Shown here one piece after another: positions 63,956 through 64,000 of a stretch of 64,000 nt of DNA. Where the stretch lies: IMG/VR virus record IMGVR_UViG_3300048573_000442. One strand, given 5' to 3'. Positions within the stretch are counted from its first letter, which is position 1. The number at the start of each line of letters is the position of its first letter. Source of the stretch: a virus. The notes under the pieces are model-generated. The model was not told the DNA's origin, did not search any database, and was given only the letters and a program-made list of their open reading frames with translations. The position numbers and the translations under genes are program-made.

Positions 63956-64000
63956 TTAGTTTTCCTCTACTACTTTAAAATAGGTATCGGTCCAGGCGCT
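63956..64000 (-). CDS. 3' end of an upstream gene (partial)
   Basis: Open frame ...SAWTDTYFKVVEEN* running off the window edge. Confidence 0.4.
   Translation of the reverse strand, partial: SAWTDTYFKVVEEN

Noticed and set aside
1-64000. Stop-codon reassignment (alternative genetic code)
   Set aside because: All core genes are full-length in the standard code; the only in-frame stops are confined to 800-1440 and fit indels or errors.

Overview
This is a 64-kb segment of a large T4-related (jumbo) myophage genome in the standard genetic code, probably infecting a Gram-negative host (it has a two-component spanin). It contains: a head module on the minus strand (portal gp20 with a 196-aa mini-intein, protease gp21, core proteins, scaffold gp22, major capsid gp23) flanked by two free-standing homing endonucleases; a tape measure gene divergent from a gp26-like tail-chaperone pair; the T4-like 55-47-46 late-sigma/recombination block; a plus-strand baseplate operon with greatly enlarged gp6 (1295 aa) and a 2901-aa wedge protein, followed by lysis genes; helicase/primase; rIIA/rIIB; and accessory genes. 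I found no tRNA, rRNA or CRISPR array. Main observations not explained by the gene list: (1) at least five T4-type late promoters (NATAAATA) sit inside long inverted repeats, and one downstream arm carries the Shine-Dalgarno of the head protease gene; (2) a scattered set of enzymes (ART-like, two GNATs, a HIGH-family nucleotidyltransferase, and an 1105-aa RNA-ligase-like protein) begin with L/I-x-E leaders resembling gp21 cleavage sites, suggesting head-packaged, injected cargo; (3) an in-phase -1 slippery heptamer could fuse the two tail-chaperone ORFs (lambda G/GT-like); (4) a stand-alone family-A-polymerase-like palm protein has an internal duplication; (5) positions 800-1440 hold broken ORFs that are either pseudogenes or homopolymer sequencing errors. 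All family assignments come from motif recognition by eye; no database search was run.
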